The notes under the pieces are model-generated. The model was not told where the DNA came from and ran no database searches. It was given only the letters and a program-made list of their open reading frames with translations. The translations under genes were made by a program, and so were the position numbers. 32,030 nt of DNA from a virus (taxonomy: Duplodnaviria > Heunggongvirae > Uroviricota > Caudoviricetes), in the IMG/VR virus record IMGVR_UViG_647533159_000006; one strand, 5' to 3'. Below, piece by piece: positions 17,764 to 26,494 of the stretch (its first letter is position 1; each line of letters starts with the position of its first letter).

Positions 17764-18176
17764 TGATTGTGCTGGTCGTGTTGTTATCGCTGGCGGTGGC
17801 CGGTCTGTTTCTGGTGAAACACAAAAATGCCAGCCTGCGCGCCTCGCTGGGCAGGGCGAATAACGTCGCCAGTGAACAGCTGACGACCATCACCATGCTG
17901 AAAAATCAGCTTCATGTTGCGCTCACCAGGGCAGACAAAAACGAGCTGGCGCAGGTGGCACTGCGTCAGGAGCTGGAGAACGCCGCGAAGCGTGAAGCAC
18001 AGCGCGAGAAAACCATCACGAGGTTACTCAATGAAAACGAAGATTTTCGCCGCTGGTACGGCGCTGGCCTGCCTGATGCTGTGCGCCGGTTGCACCAGCG
18101 CCAGGCCTGCACCGACGCCAGTGATTGTCGCCAACGCCTGCCCGAAAGTGAGCCTTTGCCCGATGCCGGGCAGTGA
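17751..18176 (+). CDS. lysB: Spanin inner-membrane subunit (Rz-like LysB)
   Basis: 141 aa with an N-terminal transmembrane segment and a coiled-coil periplasmic region; contains the embedded lysC ORF in another frame. Confidence 0.75.
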   Translation: MSKLMIVLVVLLSLAVAGLFLVKHKNASLRASLGRANNVASEQLTTITMLKNQLHVALTRADKNELAQVALRQELENAAKREAQREKTITRLLNENEDFRRWYGAGLPDAVRRLHQRQACTDASDCRQRLPESEPLPDAGQ

Positions 18177-18321
18177 CCCGGAGACGAACGGCGATTTAAG
18201 TGCCGATATCCGGCAGCTTGAGAACGCGCTGGCACGCTGTGCCAGCCAGGTAAAAATGATTAAACACTGTCAGGACGAAAATGATGCTCAAACCCGACAG
18301 CCTGCGCAGGGCGCTGACTGA
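18031..18321 (+). CDS. lysC: Spanin outer-membrane lipoprotein subunit (Rz1-like LysC)
   Basis: ATG at 18031 (MKTKIFAAGTALACLMLCAGC...): signal peptide with a lipobox-like LCAGC; embedded in and extending beyond lysB in the +1 frame. Confidence 0.7.
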   Translation: MKTKIFAAGTALACLMLCAGCTSARPAPTPVIVANACPKVSLCPMPGSDPETNGDLSADIRQLENALARCASQVKMIKHCQDENDAQTRQPAQGAD

Positions 18322-18751
18322 TGCCGTCACGGTGCTGAAAACCAGTCCCGAGATGCTGCGGATATTCGTGGATAACGGGAGTATTGCCTCCACGCTGGCG
18401 GCGTCGTTGTCATTCGAAAAGCGTTACACGCTCAATGTCATTGTGACCGACTTTACCGGTGATTTTGACCTGCTCATCGTGCCGGTGCTGGCGTGGCTGC
18501 GGGAAAATCAGCCCGACATCATGACCACCGACGCAGGCCAGAAAAAGGGCTTCACGTTTTATGCAGACATCAACAATGACAGCAGCTTTGATATCAGCAT
18601 CAGCCTGATGCTGACCGAGCGCACGCTGGTCAGTGAGGTGGACGGCGCGCTGCATGTGAAGAATATCCCGGAACCCACGCCGCCGGAGCCGGTCACCCGC
18701 CCGGTGGAGCTGTATATCAATGGCGAACTGGTGAGCAAGTGGGATGAATGA
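18281..18751 (+). CDS. R: Tail completion protein R
   Basis: 156 aa, P2 R position. Confidence 0.7.
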   Translation: MMLKPDSLRRALTDAVTVLKTSPEMLRIFVDNGSIASTLAASLSFEKRYTLNVIVTDFTGDFDLLIVPVLAWLRENQPDIMTTDAGQKKGFTFYADINNDSSFDISISLMLTERTLVSEVDGALHVKNIPEPTPPEPVTRPVELYINGELVSKWDE

Positions 18752-19196
18752 GTTTAAGCGTTTTGAAGACCGGCTGACCGGACTGATTGAGTCGCTGTCA
18801 CCGTCAGGGCGTCGGCGACTGAGCGCCGAACTGGCGAAACGTCTGCGGCAGAGTCAGCAGCGTCGGGTGATGGCTCAGAAAGCCCCGGACGGCACACCCT
18901 ACGCGCCACGCCAGCAGCAGAGCGCCAGAAAAAAGACTGGTCGTGTTAAGCGAAAAATGTTTGCGAAACTTATTACCAGTCGTTTTTTGCATATCCGCGC
19001 CAGCCCGGAACAGGCATCAATGGAGTTTTACGGCGGGAAGTCACCGAAAATCGCCAGCGTGCATCAGTTCGGTCTGTCGGAAGAAACCCGGAAAGACGGT
19101 AAGAAAATTGATTATCCGGCGCGTCCTCTGCTCGGCTTTACCGGTGAGGATGTGCAGATGATTGAAGAGATTATCCTGGCTCACCTCGACCGTTAG
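18744..19196 (+). CDS. S: Tail completion protein S
   Basis: 150 aa, P2 S position. Confidence 0.7.
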   Translation: MNEFKRFEDRLTGLIESLSPSGRRRLSAELAKRLRQSQQRRVMAQKAPDGTPYAPRQQQSARKKTGRVKRKMFAKLITSRFLHIRASPEQASMEFYGGKSPKIASVHQFGLSEETRKDGKKIDYPARPLLGFTGEDVQMIEEIILAHLDR

Positions 19197-19262
19197 TTGT
19201 GCCATTCCTGACACCTCATCGTCACATTGCCGCCGGTATGACCCGGCGGCATCCTTCCCGTT

Positions 19263-19898
19263 ATGAACACTCTCGCAAATATTCAGGAACTCGCGCGCGC
19301 ACTGCGCAACATGATTCGCACCGGCCTTGTCGTCGAAACCGACCTTAACGCCGGTCGCTGCCGTGTGCAGACCGGCGGCATGTGCACCGACTGGCTTCAG
19401 TGGCTGACCCATCGCGCCGGACGTTCGCGTACATGGTGGGCACCTTCCGTGGGGGAGCAGGTGCTGATTCTGGCCGTGGGCGGTGAACTTGACACGGCGT
19501 TTGTTCTGCCGGGGATTTATTCCGGCGATAACCCCGCGCCGTCTGCGTCGGCGGATGCCCTGCATATCCGTTTCCCTGACGGGGCGGTGATTGAGTATGA
19601 ACCCGAAACCAGTGCACTCACGGTAAGCGGAATCAAAACGGCCAGCGTGACGGCTTCTGATTCTGTTACCGCCACGGTGCCGGTGGTCATGGTGAAAGCA
19701 TCAACCCGCATCACCCTGGACACACCGGAGGTGGTCTGCACCAACAGGCTGATTACCGGCACGCTGGAAGTGCAGAAGGGCGGGACGATGCGCGGCAACA
19801 TTGAACACACCGGCGGTGCACTCTCATCAAACGGTAAGGTACTGCATACCCATAAACACCCCGGCGACAGCGGCGGCACAACCGGGAGTCCTCTATGA
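19263..19898 (+). CDS. V: Baseplate spike protein
   Basis: 211 aa, P2 V position. Confidence 0.75.
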   Translation: MNTLANIQELARALRNMIRTGLVVETDLNAGRCRVQTGGMCTDWLQWLTHRAGRSRTWWAPSVGEQVLILAVGGELDTAFVLPGIYSGDNPAPSASADALHIRFPDGAVIEYEPETSALTVSGIKTASVTASDSVTATVPVVMVKASTRITLDTPEVVCTNRLITGTLEVQKGGTMRGNIEHTGGALSSNGKVLHTHKHPGDSGGTTGSPL

Positions 19899-20242
19899 CA
19901 GCGCGTTATCTCGGAATGAATCGCAGTGATGGCCTGACTGTCACTGACCTTGAGCATATCAGCCAGAGTATCGGCGATATCCTGCGCACACCGGTCGGCT
20001 CACGGGTGATGCGTCGTGATTACGGCTCGTTGCTGGCGTCAATGATTGACCAGCCGCAGACCCCGGCGCTTGAGTTGCAGATTAAGGTCGCCTGTTACAT
20101 GGCCGTGCTGAAATGGGAACCCCGCGTCACCCTGTCATCCGTCACCACGGCGCGCAGTTTTGACGGGCGAATGATAGTTACGTTGACCGGCCAGCACAAC
20201 GACACCGGCCAGCCACTTTCGTTAACCATCCCTGTGAGTTGA
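19895..20242 (+). CDS. W: Baseplate wedge protein (GPW/gp25 lysozyme-like)
   Basis: 115 aa, coupled to V and J. Confidence 0.75.
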   Translation: MTARYLGMNRSDGLTVTDLEHISQSIGDILRTPVGSRVMRRDYGSLLASMIDQPQTPALELQIKVACYMAVLKWEPRVTLSSVTTARSFDGRMIVTLTGQHNDTGQPLSLTIPVS

Positions 20243-20246
20243 AACC

Positions 20247-21155
20247 ATGCCGATTATCGACCTGAACCAGCTACCCGCACCGGATGTGGTCGAGGAGCTG
20301 GACTTTGAAACCATTCTTGCTGAACGCAAGGCGACACTGATTTCCCTTTACCCGGAGGACCAGCAGGAGGCGGTCGCCCGTACCCTGACGCTGGAATCTG
20401 AGCCTCTCGTTAAACTGCTGGAGGAAAATGCTTATCGTGAGCTTATCTGGCGTCAGCGTGTGAATGAGGCCGCACGGGCGGTGATGCTGGCCTGTGCAGC
20501 CGGTAATGACCTTGATGTGATTGGTGCCAATTACAACACCACGCGCCTGACTATCACCCCGGCAGATGATTCGACCATTCCGCCGACACCGGCAGTGATG
20601 GAGTCTGACACCGATTATCGTCTGCGTATTCAGCAGGCGTTTGAGGGCTTAAGCGTCGCCGGGTCGGTGGGTGCCTATCAGTATCATGGTCGCAGTGCCG
20701 ACGGGCGTGTCGCGGATATCTCTGTCACCAGTCCGTCTCCGGCCTGCGTCACCATCTCTGTGCTGTCACGTGAAAATAACGGTGTCGCATCCGAAGACCT
20801 GCTGGCCGTGGTGCGTAACGCCCTTAATGGCGAGGACGTCAGGCCGGTGGCCGACCGCGTGACCGTGCAGTCTGCCGCCATCGTTGAATACCAGATAAAC
20901 GCCACGCTGTATCTTTACCCTGGTCCCGAAAGCGAACCCATTCGCGCTGCCGCCGTGAAAAAACTGGAAGCGTATATCACGGCACAGCACCGGCTGGGGC
21001 GCGACATCCGTCTGTCTGCCATTTATGCCGCTTTGCATGTGGAAGGCGTGCAGCGTGTCGAACTGGCTGCACCGCTGGCCGACATCGTGCTCAACAATAC
21101 GCAGGCGTCTTTCTGTACCGAATACAGCGTCGTGACCGGAGGCTCGGATGAGTGA
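20247..21155 (+). CDS. J: Baseplate assembly protein J
   Basis: 302 aa, P2 J position. Confidence 0.8.
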   Translation: MPIIDLNQLPAPDVVEELDFETILAERKATLISLYPEDQQEAVARTLTLESEPLVKLLEENAYRELIWRQRVNEAARAVMLACAAGNDLDVIGANYNTTRLTITPADDSTIPPTPAVMESDTDYRLRIQQAFEGLSVAGSVGAYQYHGRSADGRVADISVTSPSPACVTISVLSRENNGVASEDLLAVVRNALNGEDVRPVADRVTVQSAAIVEYQINATLYLYPGPESEPIRAAAVKKLEAYITAQHRLGRDIRLSAIYAALHVEGVQRVELAAPLADIVLNNTQASFCTEYSVVTGGSDE

Positions 21156-21759
21156 TTCGCGACTGCTGCCGACCGGCTCATCACCGCTTGAAGTCGCCGC
21201 CGCAAAAGCCTGTGCGGAAATTGAAAAAACGCCGGTCAGTATTCGTGAGCTGTGGAACCCGGACACCTGCCCGGCAAATCTGCTGCCGTGGCTGGCGTGG
21301 TCATTTTCGGTTGACCGCTGGGATGATAAGTGGCCGGAAGCGACAAAACGCGCTGTTATCCGCGATGCGTATTTCATTCACTGCCATAAGGGCACTATAG
21401 GCGCAATCCGGCGTGTGGTGGAGCCGCTCGGCTATCTGATTGAGGTGAGGGAGTGGTGGCAACTCAATGAGGAGCCGGGGACGTTCCGTATCGTTGTTGG
21501 CGTGCTTGAGCAGGGTATTACCGAGGAAATGTATCAGGAGCTGGAGCGCCTCGTTGCTGATGCAAAACCGGCAAGCCGCCATCTGACGGGACTGGCTATC
21601 AGTTTAAGTACAACCGGCAACATTTTTGCCGGTGCGGGATGCTATCACGGCGACGCCCTGACAGTTTATCCCTACACCCCGGAGGCCATTATTGTCGGAG
21701 GGGATTATTTCCCGGCCTCGGCCATTCATTTAATTGATAACCTGAGAGTAAACGCATGA
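21148..21759 (+). CDS. I: Baseplate protein I
   Basis: 203-aa track ORF, overlapping the J stop and the H start. Confidence 0.7.
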   Translation: MSDSRLLPTGSSPLEVAAAKACAEIEKTPVSIRELWNPDTCPANLLPWLAWSFSVDRWDDKWPEATKRAVIRDAYFIHCHKGTIGAIRRVVEPLGYLIEVREWWQLNEEPGTFRIVVGVLEQGITEEMYQELERLVADAKPASRHLTGLAISLSTTGNIFAGAGCYHGDALTVYPYTPEAIIVGGDYFPASAIHLIDNLRVNA

Positions 21760-22854
21760 CAGTGAAATACTACGCCATTCTGACTAATCAGGGCGCAGCA
21801 CGGCTGGCTAACGCGACGATGCTTGGCAGTAAGCTGAATCTGACGCAAATGGCCGTTGGTGATGCGAATGGTGTCTTGCCGACACCAGACCCGGCACAGA
21901 CAAAACTGATTAACCAGAAACGCATCGCGCCGCTGAATCTTCTGAGTGTTGACCCGAACAACCAGAGCCAGATTATTGCGGAGCAAATTATCCCTGAGAA
22001 CGAGGGTGGATTCTGGATCCGTGAGATTGGGCTTTATGATGATGAAGGCGTACTCATTGCGGTGGCGAACTGCCCGGAAACGTACAAACCGCAGTTACAG
22101 GAAGGCAGCGGTCGTACCCAGACTATCCGCATGATTCTGGTTGTCACGAATACCGAAGCTATTACGCTGAAAATCGACCCGTCGGTGGTACTGGCGACCC
22201 GTAAATACGTGGATGATGAAGTCCTGGAATTAAGGCTGTATGTGGATGACCAGATGAGAAACCACATTGCCGCACAGGATCCTCATACCCAGTATGCACA
22301 GAAACATAATCCGACATTTACCGGAGAACCAAAAGCGCCGACTCCTGATGCAGGAAATAACACCACGCGGATTGCGACCACTGCGTTTGTACAGGCTGCT
22401 ATTACCGCTCTGATTAATGGTGCGCCTGCCACGCTGGACACACTGAAAGAAATTGCCGCAGCCATTAACAATGACCCGAAATTCAGCACCACCATTAACA
22501 ATGCGCTGGCAGGTAAACAACCGCTGGACAATACGCTGACTCATTTGAGTGGAAAGGATGTTGCCGGTCTTCTCGCATACCTTGGTTTGGGAGAAGGTTC
22601 TCCAGCTATTGGCGTTCCGTTCTTCTGGCCGTCCGCTGCAATGCCAAATACTGTAATCGACAGCTGGTCCAGTATGGTGTTTTTGAAGTTCAACGGCGCG
22701 AAATTCTCTGCCACTGATTACCCTGTGCTGGCGAAAGTGTTTCCTTCGCTGGTATTACCTGAAGCCCGCGGTGATTTCATTCGTATCTGGGATGACGGGC
22801 GAGGTGCAGACGGTGGTCGCGAATTATTAAGCTGGCAGGCAGCTACAAACTTTT
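21756..22854 (+). CDS. H: Tail fibre protein H (3' end truncated by the N-run; C-terminal part lies in an invertible segment)
   Basis: Long ORF after I that runs into the N-run with no stop; C-terminal visible part (...GDFIRIWDDGRGADGGR...) resembles Mu/P1 S-type variable tail-fibre regions. Confidence 0.8.
22570..22595. promoter_or_regulatory. Hin/Gin-family recombination site (hix-like), left copy inside H
   Basis: ttctcgcatacc-tt-ggtttgggagaa; its reverse complement matches the right copy at 19 of 26 positions including TTCTCC and AAACCAA; counted by hand. Confidence 0.6.
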
Positions 22855-23407
22855 NNNNNNNNNNNNNNNNNNNNNNNNNNNNNNNNNNNNNNNNNNNNNN
22901 NNNNNNNNNNNNNNNNNNNNNNNNNNNNNNNNNNNNNNNNNNNNNNNNNNNNNNNNNNNNNNNNNNNNNNNNNNNNNNNNNNNNNNNNNNNNNNNNNNNN
23001 NNNNNNNNNNNNNNNNNNNNNNNNNNNNNNNNNNNNNNNNNNNNNNNNNNNNNNNNNNNNNNNNNNNNNNNNNNNNNNNNNNNNNNNNNNNNNNNNNNNN
23101 NNNNNNNNNNNNNNNNNNNNNNNNNNNNNNNNNNNNNNNNNNNNNNNNNNNNNNNNNNNNNNNNNNNNNNNNNNNNNNNNNNNNNNNNNNNNNNNNNNNN
23201 NNNNNNNNNNNNNNNNNNNNNNNNNNNNNNNNNNNNNNNNNNNNNNNNNNNNNNNNNNNNNNNNNNNNNNNNNNNNNNNNNNNNNNNNNNNNNNNNNNNN
23301 NNNNNNNNNNNNNNNNNNNNNNNNNNNNNNNNNNNNNNNNNNNNNNNNNNNNNNNNNNNNNNNNNNNNNNNNNNNNNNNNNNNNNNNNNNNNNNNNNNNN
23401 NNNNNNN
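22855..23407. other. Assembly gap (553 N)
   Basis: Contiguous n characters; lies between the two hix-like sites. Confidence 1.
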
Positions 23408-23567
23408 GATATCATTCCAGTTAATTGAGATGGAATAGTTCGTTGTTGTAAACGATCGGGGGAAAGTTATGTGTCTTACATTGGTGCCGACAGGAAATCC
23501 AAGATAAACACGCTGAATTATCATTCCTCCAGGTAACATAACCCAGTTAGCACCTTCTCCAAAACCA
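23408..23567 (-). CDS. Alternative tail-fibre C-terminal segment (partial, reads from the right hix-like site into the gap)
   Basis: The minus-strand frame ...GFGEGANWVMLPGGMIIQRVYLGFPVGTNVRHITFPRSF... is in the same codon phase relative to the crossover dinucleotide as H (LGLGEGSPAIG...), so inversion would fuse it in frame to the constant part of H. Confidence 0.5.
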
Positions 23568-23579
23568 ACGTTTAAGAAA
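23554..23579. promoter_or_regulatory. Hin/Gin-family recombination site (hix/gix/cix-like), right copy
   Basis: ttctccaaaacc-aa-cgtttaagaaaa closely resembles hixL/gix/cix 26-bp sites (12-2-12 imperfect palindrome); located about 57 bp upstream of the invertase start. Confidence 0.7.
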
Positions 23580-23635
23580 ATGCAGAGATTATGGCTAACT
23601 GGCATCATCTCCGGTTTTTATTCAGGGGGATGCTC

Positions 23636-24229
23636 ATGCTTATTGGCTATGTACGCGTGTCAACAAATGACCAGAACACGGAATTGCAGCGTAACGCGCT
23701 GGAGTGCGCGGGATGTGAGCGGATTTTTGAGGACAAAATCAGCGGCACGAAGTCCGACAGGCCGGGACTGAAAAAACTGCTCAGAACATTATCAGCAGGT
23801 GACACTCTGGTAGTCTGGAAGCTGGACCGGCTGGGGCGTAGTATGCGGCATCTGGTCATTCTGGTTGAGGAGCTGCGCGAACGCGGCGTTAATTTTCGCA
23901 GCCTGACAGATGCTATTGATACCAGCACGCCGATGGGGCGTTTTTTCTTTCATGTGATGGGTGCCCTGGCTGAAATGGAGCGAGAACTCATTGTCGAGCG
24001 GACACGCGCCGGACTGGAAGCGGCCAGAGCCAAAGGGCGTATTGGTGGCAGACGTCCGAAGCTCACCGCGAGTGAGTGGGAACAGGCAGGACGGTTGCTG
24101 GCTGCGGGTGAATCACGTCAACGCGTGGCGCTGATTTTTGATATTGGCCTGTCCACGCTCTATAAAAAATTCCCCTCATCAGCGGCAAAGAATAAATTGT
24201 GTCATCCCTTAGCCAACCGGGACAAATAG
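23636..24229 (+). CDS. Serine DNA invertase (Hin/Gin/Cin/Pin family)
   Basis: ATG at 23636 (MLIGYVRVSTNDQNTELQRNAL...): resolvase/invertase N-terminal catalytic serine motif plus a C-terminal HTH; track ORF starts at 23591. Confidence 0.9.
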   Translation: MLIGYVRVSTNDQNTELQRNALECAGCERIFEDKISGTKSDRPGLKKLLRTLSAGDTLVVWKLDRLGRSMRHLVILVEELRERGVNFRSLTDAIDTSTPMGRFFFHVMGALAEMERELIVERTRAGLEAARAKGRIGGRRPKLTASEWEQAGRLLAAGESRQRVALIFDIGLSTLYKKFPSSAAKNKLCHPLANRDK

Positions 24230-24288
24230 CCTGACATCTCCGGCACAACTGAAAATAACACTCACCCATTAACCACGGAGTTAAACGG

Positions 24289-25479
24289 ATGAGTGACTAT
24301 CATCACGGCGTGCAGGTGCTGGAGATTAACGACGGCACCCGCGTCATTTCCACCGTATCCACCGCCATTGTTGGCATGGTCTGCACGGCCAGCGATGCGG
24401 ATGCGGAAACCTTCCCCGTCAATAAACCGGTGCTGATCACCAATGTGCAGAGCGCGATTGCAAAGGCCGGTAAAAAAGGCACGCTGGCGGCATCGTTGCA
24501 GGCCATCGCTGACCAGTCAAAACCGGTCACCGTTGTCGTGCGCGTGGAAGACGGAACCGGCGACGACGAAGAAACGAAACTCGCGCAGACCGTTTCCAAT
24601 ATCATCGGCACCACTGACGAAAACGGTCAGTACACCGGACTGAAAGCCCTGCTGGCGGCGGAGTCGGTAACCGGTGTTAAACCGCGTATTCTCGGTGTGC
24701 CGGGACTGGATACCAAAGAGGTGGCTGTTGCACTGGCATCCGTCTGTCAGAAGCTGCGCGCTTTCGGGTATATCAGCGCATGGGGCTGTAAAACCATTTC
24801 CGAGGTGAAAGCCTACCGCCAGAATTTCAGCCAGCGTGAGCTGATGGTCATCTGGCCGGATTTCCTCGCATGGGATACGGTCACCAGTACCACCGCCACC
24901 GCGTATGCCACCGCCCGTGCGCTGGGTCTGCGCGCTAAAATCGACCAGGAGCAGGGCTGGCATAAAACGCTGTCCAACGTCGGGGTAAACGGTGTTACCG
25001 GCATCAGCGCCTCTGTATTCTGGGATTTGCAGGAGTCCGGCACCGATGCTGACCTGCTTAACGAGTCAGGCGTCACTACGCTGATTCGCCGCGACGGTTT
25101 CCGATTCTGGGGTAACCGTACCTGCTCTGATGACCCGCTGTTCCTCTTTGAAAACTACACCCGCACCGCGCAGGTGCTGGCCGACACGATGGCTGAGGCG
25201 CACATGTGGGCGGTGGACAAGCCCATCACCGCAACGCTGATTCGCGACATCGTTGACGGCATCAATGCCAAATTCCGTGAGCTGAAAACAAACGGCTATA
25301 TCGTGGATGCGACCTGCTGGTTCAGCGAAGAATCCAACGATGCGGAAACCCTCAAGGCCGGAAAACTGTATATCGACTACGACTATACCCCGGTGCCTCC
25401 TCTTGAAAACCTGACCCTGCGCCAGCGTATTACCGATAAATACCTGGCAAATCTGGTCACCTCGGTTAACAGCAATTAA
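24289..25479 (+). CDS. FI: Tail sheath protein
   Basis: 396 aa (P2 FI length), followed by the tube gene. Confidence 0.85.
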   Translation: MSDYHHGVQVLEINDGTRVISTVSTAIVGMVCTASDADAETFPVNKPVLITNVQSAIAKAGKKGTLAASLQAIADQSKPVTVVVRVEDGTGDDEETKLAQTVSNIIGTTDENGQYTGLKALLAAESVTGVKPRILGVPGLDTKEVAVALASVCQKLRAFGYISAWGCKTISEVKAYRQNFSQRELMVIWPDFLAWDTVTSTTATAYATARALGLRAKIDQEQGWHKTLSNVGVNGVTGISASVFWDLQESGTDADLLNESGVTTLIRRDGFRFWGNRTCSDDPLFLFENYTRTAQVLADTMAEAHMWAVDKPITATLIRDIVDGINAKFRELKTNGYIVDATCWFSEESNDAETLKAGKLYIDYDYTPVPPLENLTLRQRITDKYLANLVTSVNSN

Positions 25480-25491
25480 GGAGCCTGACCG

Positions 25492-26010
25492 ATGGCAATG
25501 CCGCGCAAACTCAAGTTAATGAACGTCTTTCTGAACGGCTACAGCTATCAGGGCGTCGCGAAGTCCGTCACGCTACCAAAACTGACCCGTAAGCTCGAAA
25601 ACTATCGCGGTGCGGGAATGAACGGCAGCGCACCGGTAGACCTCGGCCTTGATGACGATGCGCTGTCAATGGAGTGGTCGCTCGGTGGCTTCCCGGATTC
25701 GGTTATCTGGGAGCTTTACGCCGCAACCGGTGTGGATGCCGTGCCGATTCGTTTTGCAGGCTCTTACCAGCGCGACGATACCGGCGAAACGGTGGCCGTC
25801 GAAGTGGTCATGCGTGGACGTCAGAAAGAAATCGACACCGGCGAGGGTAAACAGGGAGAAGACACTGAGTCGAAAATCTCCGTGGTCTGCACCTATTTCC
25901 GGCTGACGATGGACGGTAAGGAGCTGGTCGAAATTGACACCATCAACATGATTGAGAAGGTGAACGGCGTCGACCGGCTGGAGCAACACCGCCGCAATGT
26001 CGGCCTGTGA
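25492..26010 (+). CDS. FII: Tail tube protein
   Basis: 172 aa, P2 FII position. Confidence 0.85.
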   Translation: MAMPRKLKLMNVFLNGYSYQGVAKSVTLPKLTRKLENYRGAGMNGSAPVDLGLDDDALSMEWSLGGFPDSVIWELYAATGVDAVPIRFAGSYQRDDTGETVAVEVVMRGRQKEIDTGEGKQGEDTESKISVVCTYFRLTMDGKELVEIDTINMIEKVNGVDRLEQHRRNVGL

Positions 26011-26066
26011 TTTTCATCCGGTCAGCCAGGCTGACCGGTTAACCCTGATTCAGAAGTGAGAAAACC

Positions 26067-26342
26067 ATGAACAAAGAAAATGTGATTACCCTGGACAATC
26101 CGGTCAAGCGTGGTGAGCAGGTCATCGCACAGGTCACGCTGATGAAACCCAGTGCCGGGACGCTGCGCGGTGTCAGTCTGGCTGCGGTCGCAAACTCCGA
26201 AGTTGATGCACTAATTAAGGTGTTGCCGCGCATGACGGCACCGATGCTGACCGAGCAGGAAGTTGCCGCACTGGAACTGCCTGACCTTGTAGCGCTGGCC
26301 GGTAAGGTGGTCGGTTTTTTGTCGCCGAACTCGGTGCAGTAA
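26067..26342 (+). CDS. E: Tail assembly chaperone E
   Basis: 91 aa, upstream of the tape measure gene; contains the slippery heptamer T_TTT_TTG at 26315..26321. Confidence 0.75.
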   Translation: MNKENVITLDNPVKRGEQVIAQVTLMKPSAGTLRGVSLAAVANSEVDALIKVLPRMTAPMLTEQEVAALELPDLVALAGKVVGFLSPNSVQ

Positions 26343-26494
26343 CGTTCCCGAAAAATCTCTCGGTCGATGACCTGATGGCGGATGTGGCAGTGATATTTCA
26401 CTGGCCGCCATCAGAACTGTATCCCATGAGCCTGACCGAACTCATCACATGGCGCGAAAAGGCGCTCCGGCGAAGCGGAAACACGAATGAGTAA
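26067..26494 (+). CDS. E+E' tail assembly chaperone produced by a programmed -1 ribosomal frameshift
   Basis: From the slippery site at 26315..26321 the -1 frame stays open to a TAA at 26492..26494 (...FPKNLSVDDLMADVAVIFHWPPSELYPMSLTELITWREKALRRSGNTNE), overlapping the T start; translated by hand. Confidence 0.6.

Noticed and set aside
20766-21377. 203-aa minus-strand ORF
   Set aside because: Antisense across the J/I baseplate genes, which are translationally coupled on the plus strand.
22718-23608. 296-aa minus-strand ORF spanning the N-run
   Set aside because: An artefact of translating N as X across the gap; only the 23408..23567 portion is real sequence (reported as a partial alternative fibre segment), and the part upstream of the hix-like site overlaps the invertase start antisense.
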